A stretch of DNA of 64,000 nucleotides, from the sequence record PP456877.1. The stretch is one strand, 5' to 3'. Positions 18,666-27,645 of the stretch are shown here, in pieces. The notes under the pieces are model-generated. The model did not search any database. It was not told the DNA's origin and worked only from the letters and a program-made list of their open reading frames with translations. The first letter of the stretch is position 1. The number at the start of each line of letters is the position of its first letter. The position numbers and the translations under genes were made by a program.

Positions 18666-18896
18666 TTACCGCTTACTCATTATCGCAGCTAGTTCAACTT
18701 TAAATAATGCTTCTTCGACTTTACGAGAAATAGCATTTATTTGAACACGTTTATTATTTTCACGATCTAATGCAATTGTATTTTTTCGTGTACAATAATC
18801 GTGTAAACCCAGTTGGCGCCTAACATAGAAAATAACAATTAATTTCAAAACACGAATATATCTCATAACGCGCTTGAACATTTTATAAATCCTCAA
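18666..18896 (-). CDS. small basic protein
   Basis: 76 aa ORF. Confidence 0.65.
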   Translation of the reverse strand: MRIYKMFKRVMRYIRVLKLIVIFYVRRQLGLHDYCTRKNTIALDRENNKRVQINAISRKVEEALFKVELAAIMSKR

Positions 18897-18900
18897 TAAT

Positions 18901-19092
18901 TTAAGGAATTGCTTTTAAAGCTTCTTCGCGTTCAGCTAAAAGCTTATCATATTGTATTTGTAATCGGTTAATTTCCGCACGAGTTAATTTTGTCTTAGCA
19001 TTAGGTTTCAACTTATGGTTAATATCAACGGTAATACCATGGTACCTAAATAGAGCTTCCATTTTGGCTATTTTCTTTTCAATATCATCCAT
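18901..19092 (-). CDS. small hypothetical protein
   Basis: 63 aa ORF. Confidence 0.7.
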   Translation of the reverse strand: MDDIEKKIAKMEALFRYHGITVDINHKLKPNAKTKLTRAEINRLQIQYDKLLAEREEALKAIP

Positions 19093-19122
19093 AGCTAAAA
19101 TCCAAAAAAATAATAATGACTA

Positions 19123-19142
19123 AGGGGACCAGAAGGTCCCCT
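19123..19142 (-). terminator. intrinsic terminator
   Basis: aggggacc-agaa-ggtcccct. Confidence 0.75.
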
Positions 19143-19148
19143 ATATCG

Positions 19149-19625
19149 TTAGGCAGTAATAGCGCGGCGGAAGACTGAATCAAACTCTTCCTGGTATGCT
19201 TTAATCAGCTTTGCAGTTTCTTCACAAATGGTATTATTACCATAAAATGCATCTGCAAAAGATTCTTGCTTACGTACTTCACAACCGAATAGCTCAAGAC
19301 CATTTTTTGCTAGCTCAACTTTGAACTTAGCTAATTCGGTCATACCAATTGGTTTGGCCCGCCCTTCTTCGATGCCATTTTCTTTTAGTTTAATATTATC
19401 ACATACACTGCAATGACGAACATCTTTTTGTTTGTTCTTACGGAAGTTAGGACTTGATTTAGTTTGTTTTGCAGCAATGTCCATAAAGGTTTCCCTAGAA
19501 TTTTTACGAACCGCAGCTTCATGATTCTTTTTAGCTCGATTTTTCTGTTTCTTCTGAACCGGCTTCGGCTGTACACCCAGCATTGAACCAAGTTCACTCC
19601 AGGAAGAAATAGTATTGCGTGACAT
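19149..19625 (-). CDS. basic early protein with CxxC
   Basis: 158 aa, GGAG SD, Lys/Arg-rich N-half, CSVC. Confidence 0.8.
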   Translation of the reverse strand: MSRNTISSWSELGSMLGVQPKPVQKKQKNRAKKNHEAAVRKNSRETFMDIAAKQTKSSPNFRKNKQKDVRHCSVCDNIKLKENGIEEGRAKPIGMTELAKFKVELAKNGLELFGCEVRKQESFADAFYGNNTICEETAKLIKAYQEEFDSVFRRAITA

Positions 19626-19664
19626 GTATTAGAATCTCCTATATATGTTGATTATATCACATTT

Positions 19665-19672
19665 GTGATATA
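19665..19672 (-). promoter_or_regulatory. variant early promoter core (TATATCAC)
   Basis: flank ctgtttaaaatgctttgaatg resembles ctgtttaaatatgtttgaata at the 3867 promoter. Confidence 0.6.
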
Positions 19673-19715
19673 CTGTTTAAAATGCTTTGAATGTATAAAC
19701 CACTATGTTGGTCAA

Positions 19716-19952
19716 TCATAGATAGAATGGTTCATGAATAACAACCCGATAACGAGTGTTATATTGGTTAATTGGAAACATATGAACAATCTTAAAATGC
19801 AGTTCAGCAACCAAATTAAAGAATTCAGCATGCATGTTATCAGTTGAAATATCAAATGAGATTGTATCATTAACTGCACAAAGTTCTGAATCAGATGCCT
19901 TTGTAATTTCAGTTAGCCGACTGACAAACTTTTCTTGGTTAGGACTAAGCAT
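19716..19952 (-). CDS. hypothetical protein
   Basis: 78 aa ORF. Confidence 0.75.
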   Translation of the reverse strand: MLSPNQEKFVSRLTEITKASDSELCAVNDTISFDISTDNMHAEFFNLVAELHFKIVHMFPINQYNTRYRVVIHEPFYL

Positions 19953-19954
19953 TA

Positions 19955-20524
19955 TTAAAGTCTCGCTGTTGTGATACCAATTTGATTTTGATATTTACCA
20001 TTACGTTTTGCATAACTAACTTCACATGGGGCATCACCTCTAAAGAACATAAACTGAGCAATACCCATATCAGCATAAATTTTTAGAGGTAGTGTAGTGC
20101 AGTTTGCAATCTCAATAACGACTTGTCCTTTGAAACCTGGTTCAATAGGAGTGACATTAACAATTGCACCTAGTCGTGCATAGGTTGATTTACCTGTGCA
20201 AATAGCTAGGACATCATCTGGAATATTAAACGATTCTACAGTATGACCAAGAATATAACTGTTAGGTGGAATAATACAATAATCACCAGTCCAATCTACT
20301 AAGAATCCATCACTAGGGTCTAATGGGTCAATAACTGCACTTGTTACATTAGAAAAGATCTTAAAATTACGGGCTAGCCTTACATCGTACCCATATGAAC
20401 TAAGCCCATAACTAATAATCTTTTTACCATCTTTTTCACGGACCTGGTGACCAATGAAATCCGTAATCATTGGTTCACGACCTTTAGATAAGTCAGTGAT
20501 TGTTTTATCAGATAGAATAGCCAT
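19955..20524 (-). CDS. dcd: dCTP deaminase
   Basis: ISYGLSSYGYDVRL, GKSTYARLG, TPIEPGFKGQVVIE, YADMGIAQFMF, GKYQNQ. Confidence 0.97.
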   Translation of the reverse strand: MAILSDKTITDLSKGREPMITDFIGHQVREKDGKKIISYGLSSYGYDVRLARNFKIFSNVTSAVIDPLDPSDGFLVDWTGDYCIIPPNSYILGHTVESFNIPDDVLAICTGKSTYARLGAIVNVTPIEPGFKGQVVIEIANCTTLPLKIYADMGIAQFMFFRGDAPCEVSYAKRNGKYQNQIGITTARL

Positions 20525-20547
20525 TTTTAACTTTTCCTGTTAAGTAA

Positions 20548-21132
20548 TCATCCCCAGAATCGGGCGATGAAGTGAACACACTCCATCTTTTTAGTTTCTT
20601 CCAGGAACTTGAAATAACCATCATCCACACCATTGCTCAAAAATAGCTGGCGATAGGTTTTTTCCGAAATGACTTCACCATTAACATCTTGATCGAACAT
20701 CGTTGGCTTCTGATCATAATCGAAGTTCCAGAGGTCTTCCATATTGAAGATCATTGTAAGTGGGTACCAACCATCTTCACTATAATAGGCGTACGGTGTT
20801 AGATTGTCCTGTTTGGAATTGACAATTTGTGAAAGGCGACCTTCAAAGTTGTTCCATACTGGATGCGAGTCATCACTGACGAGTGTACCAAATCCACAGC
20901 CTTTAAGAGTCGGTCGACAGAATCGGTTGGTATACTCATTATTATCGGTTAACCAATCCCAAAGATAATAGCAACGGCTAAAGTTAAGAGCCTCGCATGT
21001 ATGCATGTCAATGAATTTAAGTACACGTGCACCATCTGAAGAACGTGTGGAACGTTTGGTAACTACAGGGAAAACATCAATACCCATTTTAATCATCCAT
21101 TTAACAGAATTTTTCTTGACCAGGGATTTCAC
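20548..21132 (-). CDS. conserved phage hypothetical protein (MGxD...FDYDQ...TYR type)
   Basis: MGIDV, SRCYYLWDWL, LWNFDYDQ, TYRQLFL; likely starts at MKMGID. Confidence 0.75.
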   Translation of the reverse strand: MKSLVKKNSVKWMIKMGIDVFPVVTKRSTRSSDGARVLKFIDMHTCEALNFSRCYYLWDWLTDNNEYTNRFCRPTLKGCGFGTLVSDDSHPVWNNFEGRLSQIVNSKQDNLTPYAYYSEDGWYPLTMIFNMEDLWNFDYDQKPTMFDQDVNGEVISEKTYRQLFLSNGVDDGYFKFLEETKKMECVHFIARFWG

Positions 21133-21445
21133 CGTCCATAACCTCTAGTACCCAACGGCCAGTCATCAACTCACGTGCAACATCACATGCCGCCCCGCCA
21201 ATCTTCTCAGCTACTTTGTCCAGCAGAATTGGATGATAGTTGTGATCACCCATTACTGCGAACTTGCTTTCCCGTTCTATTTCAGCAAGTAAATCAGTGT
21301 CAACCCATTCAACACGCCCATCTGGATAGACAATATTAAGACCATACCACTTACAATAGTTTTCGATGGTTACAACTGGAATGTCATAAACACCTTTAAA
21401 ACACAGCGGTAACTTACGATCTGAGTAATGAATACGTTCAGTCAT
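21101..21445 (-). CDS. hypothetical protein
   Basis: 114 aa ORF. Confidence 0.75.
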   Translation of the reverse strand: MTERIHYSDRKLPLCFKGVYDIPVVTIENYCKWYGLNIVYPDGRVEWVDTDLLAEIERESKFAVMGDHNYHPILLDKVAEKIGGAACDVARELMTGRWVLEVMDGEIPGQEKFC

Positions 21446-21861
21446 TTGCCATTCACCAATTCAAAATAATTTTTTAGTAGATCTTCAGTTATTGGACGAG
21501 TATGTTCTTTAATCGATAATTCCTTACTGTCCATTTCAATTTCATATTCAGAAATTTGAAATTGCTTATGTGGCACTGAACCATCTAACATAATGATCAC
21601 ATCTGCTAAGACTTGATCCACTGCACATTGCAACAAATTATTAACTTGTTGATTATCAGTAAGTGAGTAATCATTGATGGCTTTATTACGAATGTCATAT
21701 AGCCTTTTACTTAAAGGAGTATTACGTTCAATATGTTCTGTTCGCCACTCTTCTAAAATCTGTTCTGTACTTAGTTTGGATAATGACGATCCGCCAAGTT
21801 TCTTCCTAACTTCATTTTCTGAAAATGGTTTATCATGCCAGAATTGATGATCTTGTTTCAT
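21442..21861 (-). CDS. hypothetical protein
   Basis: 139 aa ORF. Confidence 0.8.
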   Translation of the reverse strand: MKQDHQFWHDKPFSENEVRKKLGGSSLSKLSTEQILEEWRTEHIERNTPLSKRLYDIRNKAINDYSLTDNQQVNNLLQCAVDQVLADVIIMLDGSVPHKQFQISEYEIEMDSKELSIKEHTRPITEDLLKNYFELVNGK

Positions 21862-21873
21862 AGTAAATCCTTT

Positions 21874-22041
21874 TTATAATTTAGAAATAGGTTTTAATAC
21901 CGTATCTTTTTCATTGAATGGATTATAAACTTTATGCGGATTAATCATCTTTAGTTGCTCATTCTTTCTTTCTAAATAAGCATCTGATGGTTTAATTGTT
22001 TTAGTTTTCCAAAAGTCATCGATTGGTTTTAACTTATCCAT
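21874..22041 (-). CDS. small hypothetical protein (probable start MDKLKP)
   Basis: Track ORF 21874-22131; the internal ATG avoids overlap with ORF 22058-22222. Confidence 0.55.
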   Translation of the reverse strand: MDKLKPIDDFWKTKTIKPSDAYLERKNEQLKMINPHKVYNPFNEKDTVLKPISKL

Positions 22042-22057
22042 TTCTGACTGTTCGTTA

Positions 22058-22222
22058 TCAAAAGGAGTTTCCCGATTTCTTAGTCGGGTCGAATTGAATA
22101 GGAGTCGTAAACTCCCGTCGTAATTCCTCATCTAAATTCTTCTCTTGAATTAATTTAGGAAAATGTTTTCTAACTGTTTTAATTGAAGCTATTAAATTGG
22201 AATAGGCTTTTTCTATGGACAT
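22058..22222 (-). CDS. 54 aa protein (not in ORF track)
   Basis: Hand-translated MSIEKAYSNLIASIKTVRKHFPKLIQEKNLDEELRREF... Confidence 0.55.
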   Translation of the reverse strand: MSIEKAYSNLIASIKTVRKHFPKLIQEKNLDEELRREFTTPIQFDPTKKSGNSF

Positions 22223-22247
22223 TTTTATAACTCAAAATACATTATAA

Positions 22248-22271
22248 AGACAGTGGCTAAAACCACTGTCT
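22248..22271 (-). terminator. probable terminator
   Basis: agacagtgg-ctaaaa-ccactgtct; TTATAATG follows on -. Confidence 0.65.
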
Positions 22272-22382
22272 AATTATTTCCCATAATGATCCACCTATAA
22301 CTGCACTTAGAAAAAGCATTTTGAATATGGGTGGTTCTTCTTGTTCATGTTGCATGTCTGATTTATTATTTTCGCTAGCCAT
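22257..22382 (-). CDS. 41 aa protein with C-terminal hydrophobic helix (not in ORF track)
   Basis: MASENNKSDMQHEQEEPPIFKMLFLSAVIGGSLWEIIRQWF. Confidence 0.5.
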   Translation of the reverse strand: MASENNKSDMQHEQEEPPIFKMLFLSAVIGGSLWEIIRQWF

Positions 22383-22393
22383 TTTCTTTTACT

Positions 22394-22762
22394 CTAATGC
22401 CCACCATATTCTCTAATTTTCTCACCATCCCAAAACTCATAACCAGTCATATTGTGATTAAATGGCTTTATTTTAGTAAACCCACTACGATAGATCCAGA
22501 AATGACCAGTGCCTCTTTTTAAGCGGCACTTATACATTGCTTTTTTCTCATATTCCGTGGGAGGGCTAATTTCTAGAACTTCAAGTTCATCACCCCGTAT
22601 ACAGAATAGCGCTGGTGGATGCTCACAGGATGCTTTCATACCGAGAACACCTGTTGACCAAACTGTATCACCTGGCTTAATAACAGTGATGTCATTTGAT
22701 ACAGGTATTACAGGAATTGCACACATATTAGATGCTCCAGAGTAATTACCTCCAAAGAGCAA
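22394..22762 (-). CDS. hypothetical protein
   Basis: 122 aa ORF; true start may be internal (MCAIP). Confidence 0.65.
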   Translation of the reverse strand: MLFGGNYSGASNMCAIPVIPVSNDITVIKPGDTVWSTGVLGMKASCEHPPALFCIRGDELEVLEISPPTEYEKKAMYKCRLKRGTGHFWIYRSGFTKIKPFNHNMTGYEFWDGEKIREYGGH

Positions 22763-22853
22763 ACACTGATATATTCATAGTCTGCTCTTTAGTAATATTT
22801 AAGAAGTTGGAATACTCATACTGGAGATAAACTAATGTCCATTTATACTAATC

Positions 22854-23456
22854 TCATTGTGTATAATAATTCTTTTTGAGATTATCCATATCGTAAGAAT
22901 CATGTTTGAACTCAAACTTCTTAGCTATCTCACTCGAAAAAGCTTGTTTACGTTTTTCTTCTTGTTCACGGATATCGTAAGGACCATTCTCTTTAACAAG
23001 ATATTTTTTATACGGCCCAGTTCCTTGGATATATCCATCAGGAATAATGGTTGTGAGATATTTAGCCTCTACCAACCGGATGCACCGTCCATAACCAACT
23101 TCATTGGCATGACGAACTTGGATTAGTTGTCTATTCTTGGCAATACGTTCAGATATGCATGGGAAGTAAACCGGATCATCTCCTTTTTTACAGTTACCCA
23201 TATCAACCTTTGCGTACAGAATTTTTCTATGATTGGCTTCGAAGAAAGCCCGAGCTTCACGAATACGTTGGGACCGAATAGCTTCCTTAGTTCTGACATT
23301 CTTTAGATGTGCAGGTTGTAAAAAAGGATTCATCTTTCGCACGTGACGTTGGATAAGTTTTGTCGTGTAATGAGGTGAATCATTAGCCATAGCCAGTAGG
23401 CTATTGTACATCTCAATCGACATGATTACTTGCTGCGGGTCATTATTGCGCTGCAT
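22854..23456 (-). CDS. basic hypothetical protein
   Basis: 200 aa, GGAG SD. Confidence 0.8.
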   Translation of the reverse strand: MQRNNDPQQVIMSIEMYNSLLAMANDSPHYTTKLIQRHVRKMNPFLQPAHLKNVRTKEAIRSQRIREARAFFEANHRKILYAKVDMGNCKKGDDPVYFPCISERIAKNRQLIQVRHANEVGYGRCIRLVEAKYLTTIIPDGYIQGTGPYKKYLVKENGPYDIREQEEKRKQAFSSEIAKKFEFKHDSYDMDNLKKNYYTQ

Positions 23457-23563
23457 GCTGATCTCCGTATGTGAAATAATGCTTTACTTTAAGGTCATCA
23501 GGATTATAAATAACACGTTGGAATTCATGTTTCTTCGCTAGTTTAAAAGCAGCTTACTTTTCC

Positions 23564-24664
23564 TTAGAAACCTACACGACTTGCTTTGCGTGGGCTACTG
23601 CAAGAACTAGTATTCAATGCTTCAGCTAAAGTAAGATTATTACCGACAAACTCAACTGGATCTAGACCATTAGCTAAACGAGCTGCATTCGCTTGTTCAG
23701 CAGTAAGTGTTTTGAAGGTAAGAATATCGAAAGCACGGCCAGGTCGAACTAAAGCTTCATCAACATCACGAAGAGTCGGAAGATTAGTAGAAATGATAAT
23801 CTTGGTCTTAGTAGATACTAGACCAGCTGTAGCATTTAATAGCCCTGACATATTACTATTACCATCTACACGTTTAGCCACCATTTTATCAGAGTCTTCT
23901 GTAATAATGAGTGAATTATCCTCAACACCACGAATAAAATTAGTCAAACCGGCGTGGCCAAGTACATCATCTTGATCAGCTAGATACACATTACGATCAT
24001 TATAACCACGAGCCCGAATAATCTCATTGATATAATTAGACTTACCAGTACCAGGAGGACCAATCAATAGTAGAACATTAGATTCAGATGCAGCGAATTC
24101 AGTCCAGATTTCAGCTGGAGATCGATCTAGGAATGGATACATTTCCATCATATTTGGATTGTAGTTACGAACAGAAATAACTTCACTAAAGCTATATAGT
24201 TCATTATTTTGATAGTTAACCCGAATTCTTTTAATACTAGGTGGACGAGTCTGATCAAATACTTCTTCAAAACGTAATTTAAATACTTTGATCAGTTCTT
24301 CATTGGAGTATAATCTAAAGTTCTGACTAGTGGTACCTTCCATTCCATTCATTAGGAAACCAATGATTCCTTCATCATCTAGTAATGCAAAACCACCACT
24401 AATTCTGAATGCTTTCAGATTTAAAGGGCTTATAACTTCATCACATAGTTTGTAAATTTGTTCTTTGATGAATTCTTTTCTATCAACTCCAAAAGGATAG
24501 TGAATACGTAGATCTTCACTATCTGAACTAATTCCCTGTTCATTAAGAGTATAGCGATATGCATTGGAAATTGCACGGCCATTATCAACCTCCATAGCAA
24601 TGGAGATAAAACGATCAATCCACTTCTGCTGGACTAACGTAAGTTTGCTATTACGATAATTCAT
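23564..24664 (-). CDS. AAA+ ATPase
   Basis: Walker A GPPGTGKS, Walker B IITEDSD, sensor ISTN, Arg-finger ALVRPGRAF. Confidence 0.92.
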   Translation of the reverse strand: MNYRNSKLTLVQQKWIDRFISIAMEVDNGRAISNAYRYTLNEQGISSDSEDLRIHYPFGVDRKEFIKEQIYKLCDEVISPLNLKAFRISGGFALLDDEGIIGFLMNGMEGTTSQNFRLYSNEELIKVFKLRFEEVFDQTRPPSIKRIRVNYQNNELYSFSEVISVRNYNPNMMEMYPFLDRSPAEIWTEFAASESNVLLLIGPPGTGKSNYINEIIRARGYNDRNVYLADQDDVLGHAGLTNFIRGVEDNSLIITEDSDKMVAKRVDGNSNMSGLLNATAGLVSTKTKIIISTNLPTLRDVDEALVRPGRAFDILTFKTLTAEQANAARLANGLDPVEFVGNNLTLAEALNTSSCSSPRKASRVGF

Positions 24665-24708
24665 TTGATGTTCCTTTTCTAATTGATAATCTAATTTGAG
24701 ACGATATA

Positions 24709-24732
24709 AACCCTCCTACTAAGAGGAGGGTT
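24709..24732 (-). terminator. intrinsic terminator
   Basis: aaccctcct-actaag-aggagggtt. Confidence 0.8.
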
Positions 24733-24767
24733 TATTTTGGCTATTATAACTAATTCATTTGAGAAAA

Positions 24768-25421
24768 TTAATTATTATATTCATCCATCAATTCAGGTAG
24801 ACGGCTATCTCTAGGATCTAAGATTTCAGACCAATCAATTGGCATATATGGCTCATCAGATTCATTTTTATTTAACCATTCTTCTAGTCTCTTTACATCA
24901 TCGGACCAGTATAGGTTATACATAGTTGGCACATTTGCATCTAATGCCAACTGCCACGCTGTATTAGTACCACCACTAATTACAGAGGTTGGTGTCTTTT
25001 GTTCACCGTATGCAATAATAGTTGAAACAGGTTCACGTAAAGTATGGCCATGAATTTGAAATACATTACGAGTATGTAGTTCAATACCTGTTCTACCTAA
25101 ACCATTGAAACTTCCCCGAGCTGCACAGGCCATTGCCATAGCTGTGGGAATGGTATCAGTATATACGGAGGCATCATGAAACCACGCTAGATTCTCAATT
25201 CGTCTTCCAAGAAATCCATTTCGAATAATGTAAATACGACTTTCTACTGTATCCCATTTATCAGACTGAATTGCACCATACCAACCAGCTCTATCTGATC
25301 CATATGCATCGCCTGATGAAATACCTATACCTAGATCAACAAATGTTCTTCCTGCGCGTATCATCAATTCTAGGGCCCATGTAGGGGCATAGCGACTACC
25401 GACAATAGCTGTCATTGCCAT
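24768..25421 (-). CDS. SLOG / DprA-Smf-like Rossmann-fold protein
   Basis: AIVGSR, ISSGDAYGSDRAGWYGA, SGGTNTAWQLA. Confidence 0.75.
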   Translation of the reverse strand: MAMTAIVGSRYAPTWALELMIRAGRTFVDLGIGISSGDAYGSDRAGWYGAIQSDKWDTVESRIYIIRNGFLGRRIENLAWFHDASVYTDTIPTAMAMACAARGSFNGLGRTGIELHTRNVFQIHGHTLREPVSTIIAYGEQKTPTSVISGGTNTAWQLALDANVPTMYNLYWSDDVKRLEEWLNKNESDEPYMPIDWSEILDPRDSRLPELMDEYNN

Positions 25422-26131
25422 TATCTAACCCTCATTAGAAGACGGATATCACCGTACTTAAGAACGGCATTTCGGACTTGATAAATAAAAGGTTTAAATT
25501 CTTTCCGCTGTTGATCAGCCGTGAGTGTATAAGTTACTTTGATAGGTTCATTAGGAACATTGCAGAAAGATAGATAACGCGATACTCGACGTAGATTACG
25601 TAGGTGATTCTTACCACATTTAGGCCCGACTCGTTGTAACCGACCGTCGATAACCTTCCAATCATAATTAGCTTTAAGGTTTAGAGAATAAAAACTTTCA
25701 GTTAAATTCTTATAATACTGTAATTGTTTTTGAGAGATTTTATTAATTTTTGGTTCATCTGTTACAAGACGTGGGCTATACCGTGAATAGCAATCTGGTT
25801 CTGACATACGATCCCAGGACATATAAGTATATAGACTCATATATACTGTTTTAGTAACTGGTTTAAGCTCACTCATACCTTTTAGAATAGCTTCACCACT
25901 AATCCATGCATCACAGCGTGGATCATCATCATAACTACTCCACCATTCTGGTTTCTTTTTCAGATCATCAGGAACACCATTATGGTAAGCAAATGGTTTT
26001 ACATCCCAATAATTGCGAATATCAAGTAGATATGCATAAAGATCATAATTCTGTGTTAGTTCAATATCTTCGATACCAATCCATTCATTATTTACTTTAG
26101 CTTGAGTTTCTAAATATACATAATCACCCAT
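25421..26131 (-). CDS. conserved phage hypothetical protein (phiKZ gp206 position)
   Basis: MGDY...NYDLYAYLLDIRNY...GVPDD...DIRLLM pattern. Confidence 0.75.
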   Translation of the reverse strand: MGDYVYLETQAKVNNEWIGIEDIELTQNYDLYAYLLDIRNYWDVKPFAYHNGVPDDLKKKPEWWSSYDDDPRCDAWISGEAILKGMSELKPVTKTVYMSLYTYMSWDRMSEPDCYSRYSPRLVTDEPKINKISQKQLQYYKNLTESFYSLNLKANYDWKVIDGRLQRVGPKCGKNHLRNLRRVSRYLSFCNVPNEPIKVTYTLTADQQRKEFKPFIYQVRNAVLKYGDIRLLMRVR

Positions 26132-26335
26132 TTTCTTTATTTCCTGTATTAGATTAATATAAATGTTTTATAACAACTATTTCAATATTGAATAACGTAT
26201 TATTGGTTGTTTTAATTTACTACTCAACCTGATAATGTGTAATACGTCTATCTATATATCTCTTTTCTCTGGTGAAGAGCATTAGCATTATTCCAAGGTA
26301 GAGTCCTTATTCTATTAAACATATAAGTAAATAAT

Positions 26336-26357
26336 CCCTCCCCAATAAAGGGGAGGG
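26336..26357 (-). terminator. intrinsic terminator
   Basis: ccctcccc-aataaa-ggggaggg. Confidence 0.8.
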
Positions 26358-26373
26358 TATATGTTATCTTAAT

Positions 26374-26775
26374 TCATGCTTTTGAAAGATCATATTTAAT
26401 AGCTTCATCTTTCATAGGAGTTAATACAATAGTCACTTTTTCAAAACCATGTATATCCCTACCATTATAAGAAATATCAATACTCTCCCAATCCTGGTTA
26501 ACTACTTCAGCATGAAGAATATTTTTAATATTGATAGCATCTGTTTTATCAAACCATTTAAAAACCTTTGGGTTAAATACAAGTTCGAAAGTAGTTTGAT
26601 ATGGATAGCTTTTCTGTTTAACAAGCCTACTAGATGCTAGTGATGTATTCTCAATATTTCGAATAACATCAATCATTGCTTTACGGATAGTAAGTAATTT
26701 ACTTTTCAGAACCAAATCAATAAATGCTGGATCAGTTGTCATTACTTCTTTTACAGATGGAAATGTGATTTCCAT
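26374..26775 (-). CDS. hypothetical protein
   Basis: 133 aa, GAGG SD. Confidence 0.8.
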   Translation of the reverse strand: MEITFPSVKEVMTTDPAFIDLVLKSKLLTIRKAMIDVIRNIENTSLASSRLVKQKSYPYQTTFELVFNPKVFKWFDKTDAINIKNILHAEVVNQDWESIDISYNGRDIHGFEKVTIVLTPMKDEAIKYDLSKA

Positions 26776-26791
26776 AGCATCCTCTTATAGG

Positions 26792-26968
26792 TTAATTATT
26801 AAAAGATAAATCATAATCACTTTGTCTGCGATTCGGATTAACAGGATCAGGATATTTTCCAGTTTTGATAACTTCTTTTATAGCTCTAAAATCACGTTCT
26901 AGAAAATCTAGTTTTTTAACTAACTCTTTTTCTAATTCTTTATTGAGTAGTCTTCTTAATTTGCTCAT
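26792..26968 (-). CDS. 58 aa protein (not in ORF track)
   Basis: MSKLRRLLNKELEKELVKKLDFLERDFRAIKEVIKTGKYPDPVNPNRRQSDYDLSFNN; fills the gap, GAGAG SD. Confidence 0.7.
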   Translation of the reverse strand: MSKLRRLLNKELEKELVKKLDFLERDFRAIKEVIKTGKYPDPVNPNRRQSDYDLSFNN

Positions 26969-27335
26969 CTACGTATACTCTCACAATGAACCAATTGATT
27001 AGGCCAAAACCTTTTGGTGTGATGGTAATGTCATCTTTATATCCATTTTTAGTGATTACATTACGTAATACTTTAATTGCTTCAGGTGGAATAAGATTAG
27101 CATTACCGGTAACACTATACTCGAAATAATAACCTACACCTGGTAAATAACCTGATGCAATCTGGTTAGTACCTGTGATATTACTAACGTGTTGGAAGTC
27201 ACTAAAAGCATTCTTGTAGAATAACAAAATATTAGGAATTACTTCATCCCTAATAGTAGAACTAGTAATGGCATCCGCCGATGGAAAATAAGGTACTAAT
27301 TCATCTGTTACATTGGTGCTATTAATATCGGACAT
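26940..27335 (-). CDS. hypothetical early protein
   Basis: 131 aa, GAGG SD, first gene after promoter 27382. Confidence 0.8.
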   Translation of the reverse strand: MSDINSTNVTDELVPYFPSADAITSSTIRDEVIPNILLFYKNAFSDFQHVSNITGTNQIASGYLPGVGYYFEYSVTGNANLIPPEAIKVLRNVITKNGYKDDITITPKGFGLINWFIVRVYVDEQIKKTTQ

Positions 27336-27381
27336 AATCTTTTCCTCATTATAAAAGGATAAATATCTTTATGGTAATCCT

Positions 27382-27389
27382 GTAATATA
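27382..27389 (-). promoter_or_regulatory. early promoter core TATATTAC
   Basis: exact motif with TTTAAA upstream on -. Confidence 0.75.
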
Positions 27390-27420
27390 GATTTAAATTA
27401 ATTTATAATGAATGGCATAA

Positions 27421-27441
27421 AGGAGCCCCTGGTGGGCTCCT
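27421..27441. terminator. hairpin terminator, possibly bidirectional
   Basis: aggagccc-ctggt-gggctcct flanked by TTTATG (-) and TTTAAT (+). Confidence 0.7.
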
Positions 27442-27455
27442 TTAATGTAATAGGT

Positions 27456-27617
27456 CCGACCCCTATCTAGAGGTCGGTGAGTAGCAAGGCACCGTAGTTG
27501 GGGTTCGTGTCGTTCCTGACGATACTTTAGTACCCCGGTTTATTTACGACTGGATCACCCCCTTAAAGTGCAGTGCGTTTTACGCAAACTGCCTTGCTCT
27601 ATATCATTGCACTGTGC
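27456..27617. ncRNA. candidate structured non-coding RNA or cis element
   Basis: about 50% GC by hand count, no ORF, several nested helices and a possible pseudoknot. Confidence 0.5.
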
Positions 27618-27641
27618 GTATTTTTATTCGTTAGCTAATCT

Positions 27642-27645
27642 TATG
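27642..27645 (+). promoter_or_regulatory. possible late promoter TATG
   Basis: phiKZ late consensus 40 nt upstream of a virion gene; only a 4-mer. Confidence 0.35.

Noticed and set aside
23444-23554. 36-codon open frame with good codon usage between the AAA gene and the next gene
   Set aside because: No start codon (preceded by TAA), and the downstream gene has its own SD
27516-27540. CTGACGA resembles the hammerhead core CUGANGA
   Set aside because: The stem after it (tact-tt-agta) is followed by CCCC, not the required GAAA
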